Assembly (NCBI GenBank): GCA_965285935.1
Contig: OZ260667.1
Coordinates: 61,008,001-61,072,000 of the forward strand
Length of the DNA: 64,000 nucleotides
Reading direction: 5' to 3'
DNA from: Ophelia neglecta
Lineage: Eukaryota
Part shown: piece after piece, positions 19,686 to 33,819 of the stretch
Position numbering within the stretch: the first letter of the stretch is position 1
Layout of the letters: the number at the start of each line of letters is the position of its first letter
The notes under the pieces: generated by a model
Seen by the model: the letters and a program-made list of their open reading frames with translations, nothing else
Told to the model about the DNA's origin: nothing
Databases searched by the model: none
Program-made: the position numbers and the translations under genes

Positions 19686-22600
19686 GCCGAATAACAATCA
19701 AACATTTTTTCCTACACTTTGAAGTAACAATTGAGCTAAAGGTTAAAAGAAGGAGTAATATTATGACCAGCTACGGAGTACAAAATACAGCTCACAATTC
19801 TATACAGACAATGATCAGTGAAGCAGTTACCAACTATGATTTATAACCATAAAGTGTTTGTGAAATGCTATATGTCTTTGTTCATACTTGGGAGAAACAG
19901 AACACTAGCTATCACAATGTCAGATTTTGAGCTAAAGTAGGGTCAGGTAAGCCCAGGTGAAGACACGAGGGACCCGCCAGTGACTGTCTCATCCTTGCGA
20001 AGATAAGGTACACACATAATGTGGTGAACCCTCTCTTCTTGGAGGGGCACTCCAGCCCACTGTTAGGAATCTTTGTGTCAATCTGATGTTTCCGGTTTTA
20101 TACGTACTGAATCCACCTGTCACATTATACATACCTCCAGATGTCGGGTCATGGTACGCGCAAAACGGGAAAAACACATACAGGAAATGATTACCCATCA
20201 GGCAGCACGAAATAGGGTGTCCGGAATAATTCCATATAATCTGTCTAACTTCACCAGGAATCATTAAGTATTGCTATCTTGCTTCCTCAGCTATCTCGGC
20301 CTAAATTTGATAAACATATTTTCCTGGGTTTTTTTTACAATAATTTACTCGCATTATTCTGAAACTAACATTTATATGTACACGAAAGATACATTCAACT
20401 GATCAATGCTACAAACACCTGATCATAAATTCACTCCTGTGACTAGACTGTGGATAGAGCGACGATAAGTGACCTACAGGCGCTCTATCCACACATGAGA
20501 AGAGCAGACAAACATACTGATAGCGACTGACCTTTATAGCACCCATGTATTTTACACTGGCTTGCCTCGACACACTATGTAAACATCAATATTGCAATAT
20601 TGTCAAGCTGTGACCTTTATGGGGGAATTATGAAAAGAAGCACCATCATACAATAAAACCGGATCTATATCATTATCATGCATTACGCTATGAAATGGCT
20701 GCCCTTACAATTGAAATGTTCTTTTACACTGGTAAAGCCAGGTAAAATTCAGTAAGCTGCATTTGTAACCATTTCAGTATTGGAGTTGAGAACAATGACA
20801 ATGCCATGATAAGGGCAGGATATTAATATCCGGCCTTGACAACTGAAATGGTCTTTAGAGTTCTCTAATCGGATCTAATAGACACCAGATAACACCACTT
20901 AGGGGAGGGCGAATTATATCTTGTTATTAACATCTTCGTATGTCTGGGGTTAAGGGAAATGAGAAACTACTAAGACAGGACAAAACACGTAACTACACGT
21001 ATAATGGCTGACTAGAGCTCAGGTGAATTCGTTGGGTGGTTTTGAATAAAGCGAATACACGCGGGTATTATACTCTTAAAGGCCGTTCTATTTTGATTTC
21101 TAGGAACCAACCTCCGTATATTTTTAACGCTCTCAGTCCGATTTAAATATGACGCACGAAATGTGTTGATGTCTCATGAAGGCCAATGAACTGCACTTGA
21201 TTGTCCGTGCTGTAGGCGGCGATCAATCAAACTCAGGAAGTAATAAACTGCCCTTTTTGTCCGTGCTGTGAGCGGCAATCACTTATACACAGGAAGCTGT
21301 ATGCTGATTTCTCTCAATCAATAGCCAATGAATAGCGACAGAACATTCAAATTTTAATAATTTGAAACACAGTGTTTAAAAAAAGATGACATAAAAAGTT
21401 GAATATTTATGAGTTATACGATGTCTAATCAAAATAGCAAACTTAATGAATGAACGACCTCAATGAATTGTATTTGTACAGACGGCTTTCTAATGGAGCT
21501 ATTGTCTGTCCGAGGTCAGGTATTTGTCAGCTGAGAATGTCAAACAACGCCAGCCTCACGGACTGTTCATGCCATCATGCTTTTCCGGTGGGTTTCGGTT
21601 GTTTCCGGCTAAGTCCGTCTATCGATTATATCTCAGGCGGAGACATAAAAACACATGATTGCACTTACCATATGTCATGGAATGTTTCCTGGCACCGGGA
21701 CCTGGCCAGGTGGTACAGCAGGCGGGCACTGACAGGCGGGCACTGACAGGCGAGCACTGACAGGCCCCATTGACAAAATGGATTGGGTGCTGCAGCACAC
21801 ATTTGACAAAACGCTTAATGCACAAGGGGCCATAACCGCCATTTACCACAGACGTGTTTAACGCTTAGCCGTCTGCCATCTGTCAGCTTGGTTCTGGCTC
21901 GTGTTATCGAGATAATCGGGATACCTTTATAGACTTAAACCGAAGATCTCTTAACCCTTTGTCTCCTGGACATAACACAAGTAGGAGATACAAGTAGATA
22001 AGGACATATGAGGAGCCAACAAATGTAATAGTCTTATTAAGTTCTGCCTTCGATAAATTTATCGGTAAACAAACATCCTTCTATTGTCTCACTTGTATGA
22101 GAGGGCTTATTCCACCATAGCCTCTCGGAAGGCATATTTCACATTTGTCCTACGCTGCCAACTGACTCCTTTAAAGTATGATCAGCCTCTCACAATTGAA
22201 AACTGTTGATTACTTTTCATTACAATTCATAGGAAATTAGTTATCTTGTTATTATTAATTTCATTCGCAAGGTAATGTCCAGTTAGGTATCTGGGGATTA
22301 ACGTTTGTGGGTCTGAAGCTGAGGGTTTCTGGTGAAATCGGACGGAATAAATTAATTATTCATGACTGTGGATTGTCCGCAGGGGGTCCAATCCCGTTTT
22401 GTGCTATCTATGGCCTATATATATTGGTTGTTACACTAACAAAGCTTAAGGTTATTCTGTCAAACCTTAGTCAGGAAACCCCTTAAAATACAGTAGGTAC
22501 ACAAACTGTGCAATGTTTGACCAAGAGAAGATAAAGCAAATATAATGATATTCAATATTTCCCATTTCGTGTGCGAAGATTCCATTTTCCAATTTGTATC

Positions 22601-25600
22601 TATGGAAACAATATTGCGAGCATATATTAAAATAAATAAATAAATAAGGCGGTTGACACTTATTCCATAGTATCTTTGGTTAGCGTCCGCGGGCTCTTAG
22701 CTTTTGCCTAAAATTTATCTTAACACAGGCAAACTTATTCCTCTCCCTCCATTAAAGCAACTGTATGATACTGCAAATTGAATTTTATATATAGCGGAAT
22801 TCCCTGATATTTTGTGTACGCTCAAAATGTCTTGAAGGCACTAAGTAGATTAGTAACTAATCTAATAATTACCCGGAGTATCGGATAATGATTTATATGT
22901 CGGTCTCTCAGTCTACATCTACCTGGCGTACCGTAGATCACGAAACGCTAGCGTACAGGTAAAACGTTGGCAATTATGAGATAAATTCCTTCTGACTATA
23001 TTATCAAAATCTCTACTAATTTTCACACCGGACATGAGTCTCCAGATATATCCAACCGGAATGTTCAGACCCTAAATACTTTAGCCGAGAAAAGGCAATT
23101 ATCCCTAGCGGCGATGAAAATCTGCTTTGAAAGACTGATTGCAGCAGGCTGACGCGAGAAACAATTTAGCGGTAAATAGATTAACTCTGATTGAAATTAT
23201 TAATCACGAATGCAGTTTATACTGATTAAATGGCAGCATATCTAAATATAACTCATACTACCTTGTAGATTACCACTTTATGTGAGAACTTCACGTGAGA
23301 AAATCAGACATGTTAACTAACCAAACTCATGGTCTCCAACCGGCCCCACATTTATTGATGGATTTAATTAATTTTATTGAGAGCGCCGCCTAATGGCCGA
23401 AGCTGTTGTTGCCCAGATGCATATGTAAAGTATACAAAGTAGATTTTGGTTATTTACAATTTATGGATAGTTATAAAAATTCTCACCATATTTATTTGTT
23501 TGGCCGGTTCACTGGCCTTCCAGTCGACACCACATTGAATTTGACGGTATCCATATGGTGTAAGGCTTCTCCGGGTGAGCCCTGCTGAAAATAACAGGAA
23601 TGGATACGCTGCTTGGTGTATAATAAATGTGAATTGGTATCCAAAAACCAACGGCTAAGAATTACAAACAGTCCAGTAACTATTAAAACAGGCCTGATAA
23701 TCATCAGCTATATCTTAATCTTGATGTGTGTGGGGCTGTGGCTGCTGGTTCCTGGAGATTTTGGACCGGCTTAATGGACTATTCTCGACTAATGACTTGG
23801 TTATGTCTGCCGGGTATCCACACTGGATTTTTTTCCACACAGACCGACATGGCGATTGATGTTTATGGGTTTATATCTCATGAATCCTGATGATCAGACG
23901 GAATTGACACAACATGCTCGATATATTATTTCGCTTGGGCTGCAAGACGATCCTCTCTCTTTTAGTTTAATGAACAGCCCCGTATTGAAATCATTTGACA
24001 TAACAAATTATTTTCGGGAATACAAATCAGATATTCTTTGCCTCATGGGTGTAGATCTAAATGCAGCATCATTAGTTATCTGTGGTCTAATAAAAGCAGA
24101 AATAAGGTCGGGTAAATTAAAAATGAACTTTATGGAGGACACTTGGTTTGAATGCCACTTGTCTGGAATGACAGTACTCATGAAATCGACTAATCCTATG
24201 ACGTAAAATGATCGATTTGAACTAATGGGTTATATTGGTGTATTCCTCTCCTACTCAATTGCAGCTGTCGGGAACTCTGGGGAGCTGTGTTTAAATACAA
24301 TATAATGTAATGGTGATCTCGCAAGAACAGAGATCATTCACAATTTCCTTCCAATTTCCTTCCATGTTTTGCAATTTGACTTTATATTTCCTGTTTCTCA
24401 GGAGACATTCTGTTTATTATAACACATGTCATAAATCGACATCTAAACTTCTTCTGCAACAAGAGAAAAAACCTGCCGAGGATCCTTACCTCAGACAAGA
24501 TAAATGTCTTACCCACTAGTACCTACCGAGACGACTTAGGCGGCGATCACAATGCTTCATCGATTGCCCGCGCAGGGAATTGATTTACAAATCAAATAGT
24601 GATTCGTGATCATTGTTGACACACATCACAGTCTGACTCTGTGTAAGCAAAGGCCCTACCAACTCTTTCAACAAGTGATATAATGTGCCTCGTATTTCAT
24701 ACTAGTAAACTATTCCAGAAGCTGAGATTAGGTGTATCCACATAATGCGTTTTTTTTTTTCATATGTTTTTGATTAGAGAAAGCCACGTGACTGCTTTGA
24801 ATAAACCCCTGACACTCATTTAAAAGATCTGACGAGCCCACAAGATTCGGGAACAACCGTAGACTATGAATCAATAGACGGTATCGCGTGAATGGACCCA
24901 TGTAGATCTACCATATTTCTATTTTTCTCTGTTAGAGAACCAGTACCTGCAGCTGTTCAAAGAGTGTCACCTGTGGATGGATCTTTGAAATATTAAAATC
25001 CGGCTCTTGACATTCGTAACAAACTCAATCACAGCAACATCCTCAAGAATCATCTATTCACTGGGTGATACTTAGACATTTCATGAGTTTCCGCCCAGAG
25101 GAATACGCACGGATATCTCTAAGCTCTAGATACGTCTGCAATTGTAATGTTCTCACGGCAAACACGTGCACATTTCTTGCGTATTCGTCTAAAATCAGGC
25201 ATATAATTGGGTATTTCACTATGGAATCATTACGTTATCGCCCCTTCGAAAACGTCTAAACTGTGCGTATTTGCCAGGTGTATTCTTCAGCTGCGTCGGA
25301 TTTTAGGAAACGCCTACATTTCCGGCGACGTTTACCTTAACGTCAGTTTTCTATCCAGTCTGATCACGGAGAGAATAATAGTCATAACCACATGATCAGG
25401 TTATTCTGTTTTTTCCAGTGTGACTTGATTACTCTGAAGGGTATTCACTCCTGTTTTTTCCATGATGCAAAGCTTCCCTTTTTATTCAAGGCATTTTATA
25501 CCGCTTTATGGTAGTTGATAAACCAACTCCTTTCTTTCCATCAACTCGGTGTACTTGACTTGGGGTGGTTAGTTGACTTCGTTCACCAAAGCCCTGAAGT

Positions 25601-26625
25601 ACCATTAGCGGTAAATTCAGCTAAGCATATAGAAGCTTAGTTATGTTAGGATTCGATTGGTCGATTAGTTTTCATTTCTACCCTTTACTGTATGGCAGCT
25701 CTTAGAAAACAGCGGTAGTGGATACCCGGCAAGCATCGCAAAATCATTAGTCAAGAATAAGTCAGGAAATAGGTCCAAATCCTCAGGAAACCAGCAAAAC
25801 ACTGGCCATGGTAGACCTAGTCAAGTCGCTCTTCAATTATTCCCTGATCTAATAAACAGTATTGATGAAAAACCCGCAAGAACTGGCCTAAGACGATGCC
25901 TAAATACAAAATAACAATTCATTAGTAACTCTCAATCGTTTATTAAACGGTTTGTACATCCAATGCTGAGCTGTTCTGTTGTTTCCATGTCTTGACAGTG
26001 TTTTATAGTAGGGATGGAGCTTAGTAGGGACATTCATGAATAGACAAGCAGCTTCAAGGAATACCTTAACCTGTTTTCTTAACTCGGGGATTCATTCGAC
26101 CCGACCATTAATTAATTGTCTCGTTTTCTGAGACACGCGGTTTTTGTTAAAGGCAAATTGATATTTCAAGGTTATTCAGTTAATCCTGTGCCCGTTACTC
26201 ATCAACCTCATGGCTATTATCGATAAATCTCCACGAAAACAAGTCACTGCAAAAATATAAGCCTTTGCCACATGTGCATTGGTGACATTCTCTCTATTTC
26301 TACCAATCTCTCCTATGTTTACCAGAGCTAAGCTCTCCGCTAATGGGTATTTGTTGTAAATCCCCTTATGTAGCCAGAGGGATTGACTCATACAATATTC
26401 AATCTATCAGAACAAAAGGTCACATTCTGATGGGAATCTAGCAGAAACACAAGGATTGGTTTATATGAGATGTGGCTGTCGGTACAGTTGTCTGCTCATG
26501 GTCGAATGTTGTCTGATAACTATATATAGAGTTGAATCATTAGGTTTCCATATATTCATAACGGGAAGAACGCTATACAGACATAACTCGTCTCTTATAT
26601 ATAAGTATTTCATAATTAAGACAAA

Positions 26626-26980
26626 AGCAAGACTTGGAACAATCTTCCCAGCCATGTAAAATCAGCTGCTAATGTTGATACTTTTAAGTGTACAAGTAAG
26701 GCTTATTTTCTTGGCCTGTTGACCTAATAATTGAAACAGGTTTTATTGTATGGCGATGGAAGTGTATATTGTTTATTATGTAGGTGCCAAATATGGTTTT
26801 GGTGGAATTGAAGTATGCATACCCTGGGACCACCATGGAAATAAGGTGCTATCCTTTTCACTGTGATGCAAGTCTAGTCTGTCTGTGCCATTTAGTCATG
26901 CATATATATGTGCAATATCATTTTATAGTATACTTGTATTTTTGTTGTTTACAGTGAATAAATTTAACTAAACTAACTAA
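26626..26980 (+). mobile_element. 3' remnant of an L2/CR1-group LINE
   Basis: Translates SKTWNNLPSHVKSAANVDTFKCTSKAYF (WNxLP...FK C-terminal motif of ORF2); stop 26725-26727; 3' UTR with GGGACCACCATGGAAATAAG, AATAAA 26957-26962 and (ACTAA)n tail. Confidence 0.75.
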
Positions 26981-29900
26981 GTTTAATAACACTATTATTT
27001 GGGAATCATTTCTGGACTTTTCTCTTCTCTATACAATGTTCTTTTCCATCATGCAATTAACTCATTACTGCGAAGCTGATGTTTAATCGTGAAGCATGCT
27101 TAACTGGAAATCATTTTTTTAGTGTTTTAAATTTATTATTTGAACTTCAAATACACATTAAATGCTACTTTAATTGTTTATGTAATAAAATAGAAAGCAA
27201 GCACAATATGAATGTCTCTTACAGTTGTAAACTGATAATTTGTTCAACAAAATGGAACTTGTACAAATCTTTTTTGGAGGTCAGAATGTCCCTCTCACAG
27301 ATTCAAGAATGATGTTTCATGGTCAATACGGATATGACCAGCCAGTTCTACTCCCCGAACAGCATGAAGGCTCAATAGTATTACTGTCAATACTGTGATA
27401 GAGAGCAGCCTTCTGCCAGGGATGTGGTTAGAGTGACGTGTGTGATGATAAAGATATAACTGAGCAGAAATTAACACGTCTGTACACAGTTTTGTTTGCA
27501 AACTGCCGATCTCTAGGTTTTAAATGACAGACACGCAGATAGGAATTAAAAGAGGTATAACACACTGATCAGTGCCTAACTTATCTTCAACTTTCTCATT
27601 GTTATGTGCATGTAGCCAATTCTACAATCGGCTAGTTTATTTTTACTAACATGTATTATTTTATTAGAGACAGATTGTTCTAAAATGAACCCAATCACTC
27701 AAATCCATTGATAATTGTTAAGAGGTTTCTCGGGGATGTATATGTTATATCTTATGTCAAGACTGTCATACACACAAATAGTAACATGTTCGACGAGGAT
27801 ATGAAAACCCAGCCCTGTCATCGATTGTTGAGCGATGTGACACTCGATGACTGATTCTATAACAATCGGCGGCCGGCCAGGAGACAGCAGGATGATGGAT
27901 GAGGTAGGACACCACGGTGGAGTCAGTATTATTCCTGGAGAGAACCACTTAGGGCAGATGAGGCAACGAAGAAGGCTGGGAGCCGCGGAAAAATTATGGA
28001 ACATTGTCTTAATGTCTAAAAATCACTTAGCTGTCTATAGACTCAAATAAAGACAATATTTCCCAGCTTAAAACAACTCTTTACATATGTTCATTTTTAA
28101 CACATGAAAGGTCAATCAAGATATAAAGACCTGTTAAGGAAGAAAACTTAATAGCCATCGGTTGGTCTTGGATTGAGTCGGTAATGTTCTCATAAGCCTG
28201 TCATATTTCAAGTGTTGGCTCCACAAATGCATTGGATGCGATTGAAATGCTTTTGCCTTTTAGTGGTAAATAGTGAGCCAGGGGCTAGGTCTTTTTGTGG
28301 TAAATGCCCTTAAAATGAGGCGGAAATCGCTTATGACAAATTCAGATATCACTTTTCTATTTTTCTAAACAATCATAGCTTTTACATTGTTTAATTCAAT
28401 GTTTCTAGTTTCCACGAAAGTCAGTCAAGTAAACATTATTTCACTTAATGCGTATACACTCGATGAGGCACTTCAGTGGTGTTTTATGATGCATCTTTTC
28501 TAGCACGGCCAACTCTCAGTGTACCGACAATTAGTGTCTAGTAAGTCCCGGATAATGCCGCCACGCGGGTCGTTTGCCGGCAGTTGGACTCCACGCTTCT
28601 GTCAGGCTCAAGGGCAGAGACAATACTGGTGTTGCACATTTGCACTCACGCGTCTGTATTGTCCCAATGATATATCTGGAAAGGCATACCCTTCCATATA
28701 ATCCAAATATGGAATGAGTTTTTTTTCAAATATAACCTCACCCAGAAAATTCGTGGTATTTATGCATCAAACTATAGTATTGATATCACGTTTTCGCGAA
28801 CTCGCGCATGCAGTCCAGTAATGCAATGCGCTGGATTCGTTGATGACGTATGTTGACAATAACCTATTTGGAAATATAAACACTCAGAGAAGTAAAAACA
28901 AATCGTGGCCACTATTGTACAAATAATGCAACGCTATCTGGTAAACTGTACTTGGCAAAGATAAAGGATGAAGTGATTTGGAACAGAACAGTCACACACC
29001 CACACTGTTTCGGACGGATTCTGACTAGCCAGAGATCTTGCCGGAAAAACTCGATTATCGAGTGCGCAGACTAAAATAATTCAATGGCTAAGAACTCGTG
29101 GAAAAGTTACTAGTGCAAGTTAACTACTAAAACTTGTAAACATAGCTCTAGCCTTAGTCAATTATATTATAATTCTGCCTAGTATGCATCGTATTTAATT
29201 GTAAAAGTCTGTAAATAAATGTCATTGAAAAGTCAAAAAAAAGAAAGAAAAGGGGAACAGAACGGTCATTGGCTGATGTTATCTATCTTTAACTCCGTTA
29301 TAGGTCCTAGTGAAAATATCGCAACGCACGTTACGAAAGCGTTTATTATGTTGAAGGTGACCTCACTAATACAATATATTACTGCCATGTTAGTTCATAC
29401 CAGCATAACGCAATGACTGCAGTGCTCAAATATCGGTTTATGTATGCTGTCCACAAAGTGGTAGGTAAATATACATAAATAATATAAAAGAAAAGTAAAC
29501 GCAACAGTGACAAAATTTAAATGCTGAGATAAGTACCATTACTGAGGAAACTTCATCAACATTTTTATGAACAAATTTCCATTTCTGGTGTTTAAAAGAG
29601 ATACCCAGACACACAAACGTTAGGTAACATACGGAGAATGTTGATTTTATATGTCAATCACCTTAAAGTCTCCGAATGGGCGACATGGCCACTCTTAACA
29701 CAGTTGCTATCATCATGAAGGTTCAATTTAAGTATCACATGCATGTGTCATAAGTCCAAATCGATTCACTGCATTATTTCAAGAAGTATCTATTGCACCT
29801 GACTAATTGACAGGTGGTTTGAGTATTGCTTTTTCGTTGACCTGTGTGTCAGTAAAAGGCTAAGTCATGCCCACCCGTTGACATCCATTTGCCTGATTGT

Positions 29901-31010
29901 TTCAGAAATGCAGTCTATTTATATTGAAACATCTTATTATATACCTACATAAAGGCACCCCCCTAAGCTGCTTACGTTGTCTGTGTGTTTGACGGATCGG
30001 TGTATGAAATCCTTACACATACGCTGAAGGTATAAATCCATTACACCAATGACATGAAACATTGGAATCATGACATGATTGGAACGAAAATAAGCATGTT
30101 ATGTGTTCAGATTTATACGATTATGATTCTTTATGTTACACGCTATTAACAAGTAACCTTTGTATTAATTGTTATTTTAACCGTATAATGAAGTAACCAG
30201 AGACAGGAAGATCATGTGTTCATTCCAATTTGAGAGATGCGCATAGTCTATATTGTTATAACAAGTCTGCCATAAAAATAACAAAGATACAATTCAATAA
30301 ATGGATGATATAGCAAGCTTACATAAAATCACGGGTAGCACGGTATGTGGTCTTTCATTTTTACTAGAAGCCTTGTATCTTAAATGGAGGCAGTAATAAA
30401 CTTGTTCTACTACGGGACAATCTGACCGTGAGACGAATGAACGACACCGGCAAATTATTAACACAATAACGCAAACATGACGCAACCAGGAGTATATACA
30501 TACAGAGCGAAAACCTTATGTTGTAAAATAGAGCTGCTTTGATGAGAAACCCCAACATGACGGCAACGAATAAAACCCGAATTGTCGCCTTGATTCGCAT
30601 GTAGGCGTAATTGCATTAGAGGGGATTGGAGATGACCGCCGAGAAGCTGCAGGATGATAATAAATATTAAACTGATCACTTGGTATTCCATTTTATGGCA
30701 GATAAATGCTATATTTGACCTAGATGTTACACAGACTACAGCTGTGTTCTGCTCATCGGTTATCATGTAATTTATGGAATGGGGAGTCATGGTTATATAG
30801 CAAAGCAGCAGACTTTAAAATCAACCGTGGATTTCTCACCAGCCGATGTATGATGGATTTCTACAGTGTCTTTACTTGTTCTTATCATTCCAAATGACCA
30901 TGCTGAGAGAAATACCCGATGACACGGCCATTGACTGTCCCGTTACTGTCCGTGATAGTTGCTCCATTCGGGTTCAGTGACTGGTATTACTTGTTAAGCC
31001 GACATTATCA

Positions 31011-31074
31011 CCACTACTTGATGATACTGATGAGTGCCCAGCGTGGATGAAAACAGATAAATGATATTGAGTGG
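31011..31074 (+). ncRNA. Degenerate type I hammerhead ribozyme-like motif (probably inactive)
   Basis: CTGATGA 31027-31033; stem II-like GT(G)CC..GGAT; GAAA 31049-31052; stem I CCACT/AGTGG (31011-31015 / 31070-31074); cleavage triplet eroded. Confidence 0.45.
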
Positions 31075-33819
31075 CAGGGAACCAACCCACATTAAAACGA
31101 ACTAACACTAAACCCCACTTTAACGTTATCTATACATAAATGTAACTTAAAGTACCCATATCATGCTACTGTATCTGTAGTTATTGATCGTACTGTGATA
31201 ACATATATATATAGGTAAACAAGATTTCATCGACCGGGCCTGTCCATGTTATTACATGTGATCTACGCTTGCCTTACACGCCCAGCTGCTCTTCAGTCAC
31301 AAAGAAATTGAAGGCTTACTGTGAGAAAGCCCTCTTTTGCCTATGCATTCTCTGGAGAAAGGGAGAAAGAACTAAAAACTGCTGTGTCTTGCAATACTTT
31401 TTACTGAAGAATGTGTTTCAAATATGAGTACTTGAAAACTTTTAGTCTAAAAGAGAAACAAAATGGTTAACACACAAAAGTCAATTTAACGAAAGGAAAA
31501 AGTTTTATTTACATATCGATGAAGCGTTTCAGCAACTCTCTTGCTTGATGAACCCCTTCCATTTGCTCCGGTTGTCGGTATGGGCTAGATGAAACCAACA
31601 TGAAAGCTGCTCTGATGTATTTCTATAATGACATACAGTCGATGGTCTCCGGATATTATCGGACGCATGGAAGGTCATGCCTATGGTATGGTATGACATT
31701 TTAGCCTCCCTAGACGGGTATAGGAAATGGAGCAGAACATTACTTTACTCGCAGCCATCTACAGGAATCCTAAGACACATACCGAGAGATATTGTTCAGA
31801 CACCAACTGACTTTATCTTATTCCTTTTCTGTTGTGCTTCTGAAAAAATAAATAACAGACAGAATGTAACACTGATAAAATCATGGCCCAAGCCTTATCA
31901 AAAGCATTTGGAAACTATTCACATCCTTATCTGAATAATAAAGAATGCAGTGAAGGAGGAATCACGCGCGATTTAATTTAGACAATGAGATTGAATGTGC
32001 TAAAGGCAATATGAATTCTGCAAATCGAATTACACTTATCCACTAAAATGTAACCCGTCTTAATGTGCAAAATGAAAATTCTAGTAGATTTGTTTCTCCC
32101 CAAACATCATTTTGCTACAAAATGGATGTATTTGTTGCATTTTACTATGGCTTGTTATGATTTCTTTAAGAGTTAAAACGCCTGGCTGCAATATTACGAG
32201 CGATTGCATCGTACTCAGGCTGCACTGATAACCCAGCGTTATTGTGGCACGCTGGGTAAATTATTTTAGATTCCTGGAAAAAATACTTAACTTATGTAAA
32301 CCAGCCTTTATTTCATTTGTTAATCTTCGAATCTAAGAGGCAGATCATGTCGTTTTAGTTCTATAACAAAATGTTCTGTGTGTTTTTTGTTTATCACATA
32401 TATAAGCATGAGACTTTGATGAAAGATTCAGAAATAAGGTTTCATGCTTCGAAAATAAATGTCCCTTGTCGGTAATCCTTCGCATTTCAGTGTAAGTTTC
32501 GTATGTATTTGCGATATCCTCTGTTCAGCAATAGCCAATCCGTCTTGCTGCCAGTAGTACTTGTACAACTCTTGTAATATCCGTCAGTGTCTCAATCATC
32601 GCTCCTACATAAAACAACTTAGTAAGGGTATGGGCTCAATAAAGCAGAGTATCTCTCTTAAATTCAACGTCAGATAAAGGCATGCTGGAAGGGAGCAATT
32701 TATCTCTTCAACAATCAACACTAAGGTAGGGGAAAGGGTTGATTAGAGTGGATCAGTCCTCTTACAATCGACGCTCAGATAGGGGTATGGCCTGACTAGG
32801 GTATACTATCTCTCTCTTACAATCAACAATCAAATAATTGAACAGAAATGAACCCTGAGTAGTCTTACAAACCCGCCCCCCCCATCCGGCCCCTCCCACC
32901 CTCCCCAGCCTCCTCCCTGGCACCCCACACCAATCCCCTTCCCCCTGCCCCCACACACAAATGTTAACTTTTATGTTGTATCAACAATTGAACACGAATT
33001 CACATAGCTTGCCTCTCTTTCATTTGTTAAATAACATGTCCTCGCTTGTTATTTACCTTTCATCCATTACATGTTAACCAACTGATACCCCGTACCCCAC
33101 ACACACATATGGTTTGTTTAGATTAAATATTAATATTTGCTTTACAGCCAAAAAAAAGCAATTGTTTAATCACAATGAATCTCCTGGTTTACATAATCCT
33201 ATTCCAAACACTGGCATGTTCTCCGAATTTCCCAGGGGTGTCTTCGACCCCGATCAAACTCCAAGCATTAATCCAAGATGAATGCTGAGCTCAAATGTGG
33301 GACTCCTATGTATCAGATCGGCATGCGGAAAAAAATGTTTAAAACCTCGTATCAGTAGCCTAATTCTTATAAGTTTAACTGACAAACCGCCGATGGTTAA
33401 TATTATGGCTATAGAGGTGGCTGACCATCCCCTTTTACCATGACAACATGTGACTAATCTCTCATCAAAACACGGTATACTCTTTCATACAGTAACTGTC
33501 AGCTCGTTTTTCCTAAGTGCTACAGGAGAACGTATAGAGAGTAATGTCCAATGGAATCACACCATTATGTGATTATAAGCCAAGCTGATTTCAGACCTAA
33601 TGGCATGTCAGACCTTTGGCGTGCAATCGAATAAAGGTCTCCTAACATCTATGACATATGATAATACGTACGACAAGGTGCCAAATACGTAGGTCGACAA
33701 CAGCACAGAGAGCGTATTTGTCCAATTTGAATGTTAATTTTTCAGTTGACTTTAAGGACGCTGTCGTTGCTACTTTATATTTTGGTTTAGATCTAAGTCA
33801 CTTTTTCCTATTTTAGAAA

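Noticed and set aside
23856-24206. 116-aa ORF as a gene
   Set aside because: No recognisable domain, codon bias or convincing splice context.
24829-24870. Additional hammerhead-like cores (also near 31520, 35620, 58007)
   Set aside because: Each lacks either the CTGANGA or the GAAA box, or has no stem I.
30364-30646. Minus-strand signal-anchor-like peptide MRIKATIRVLFVAVMLGFLIKAALFY
   Set aside because: Plausible acceptor but no good donor or downstream exon; hydrophobic ORFs arise easily in T-rich DNA.
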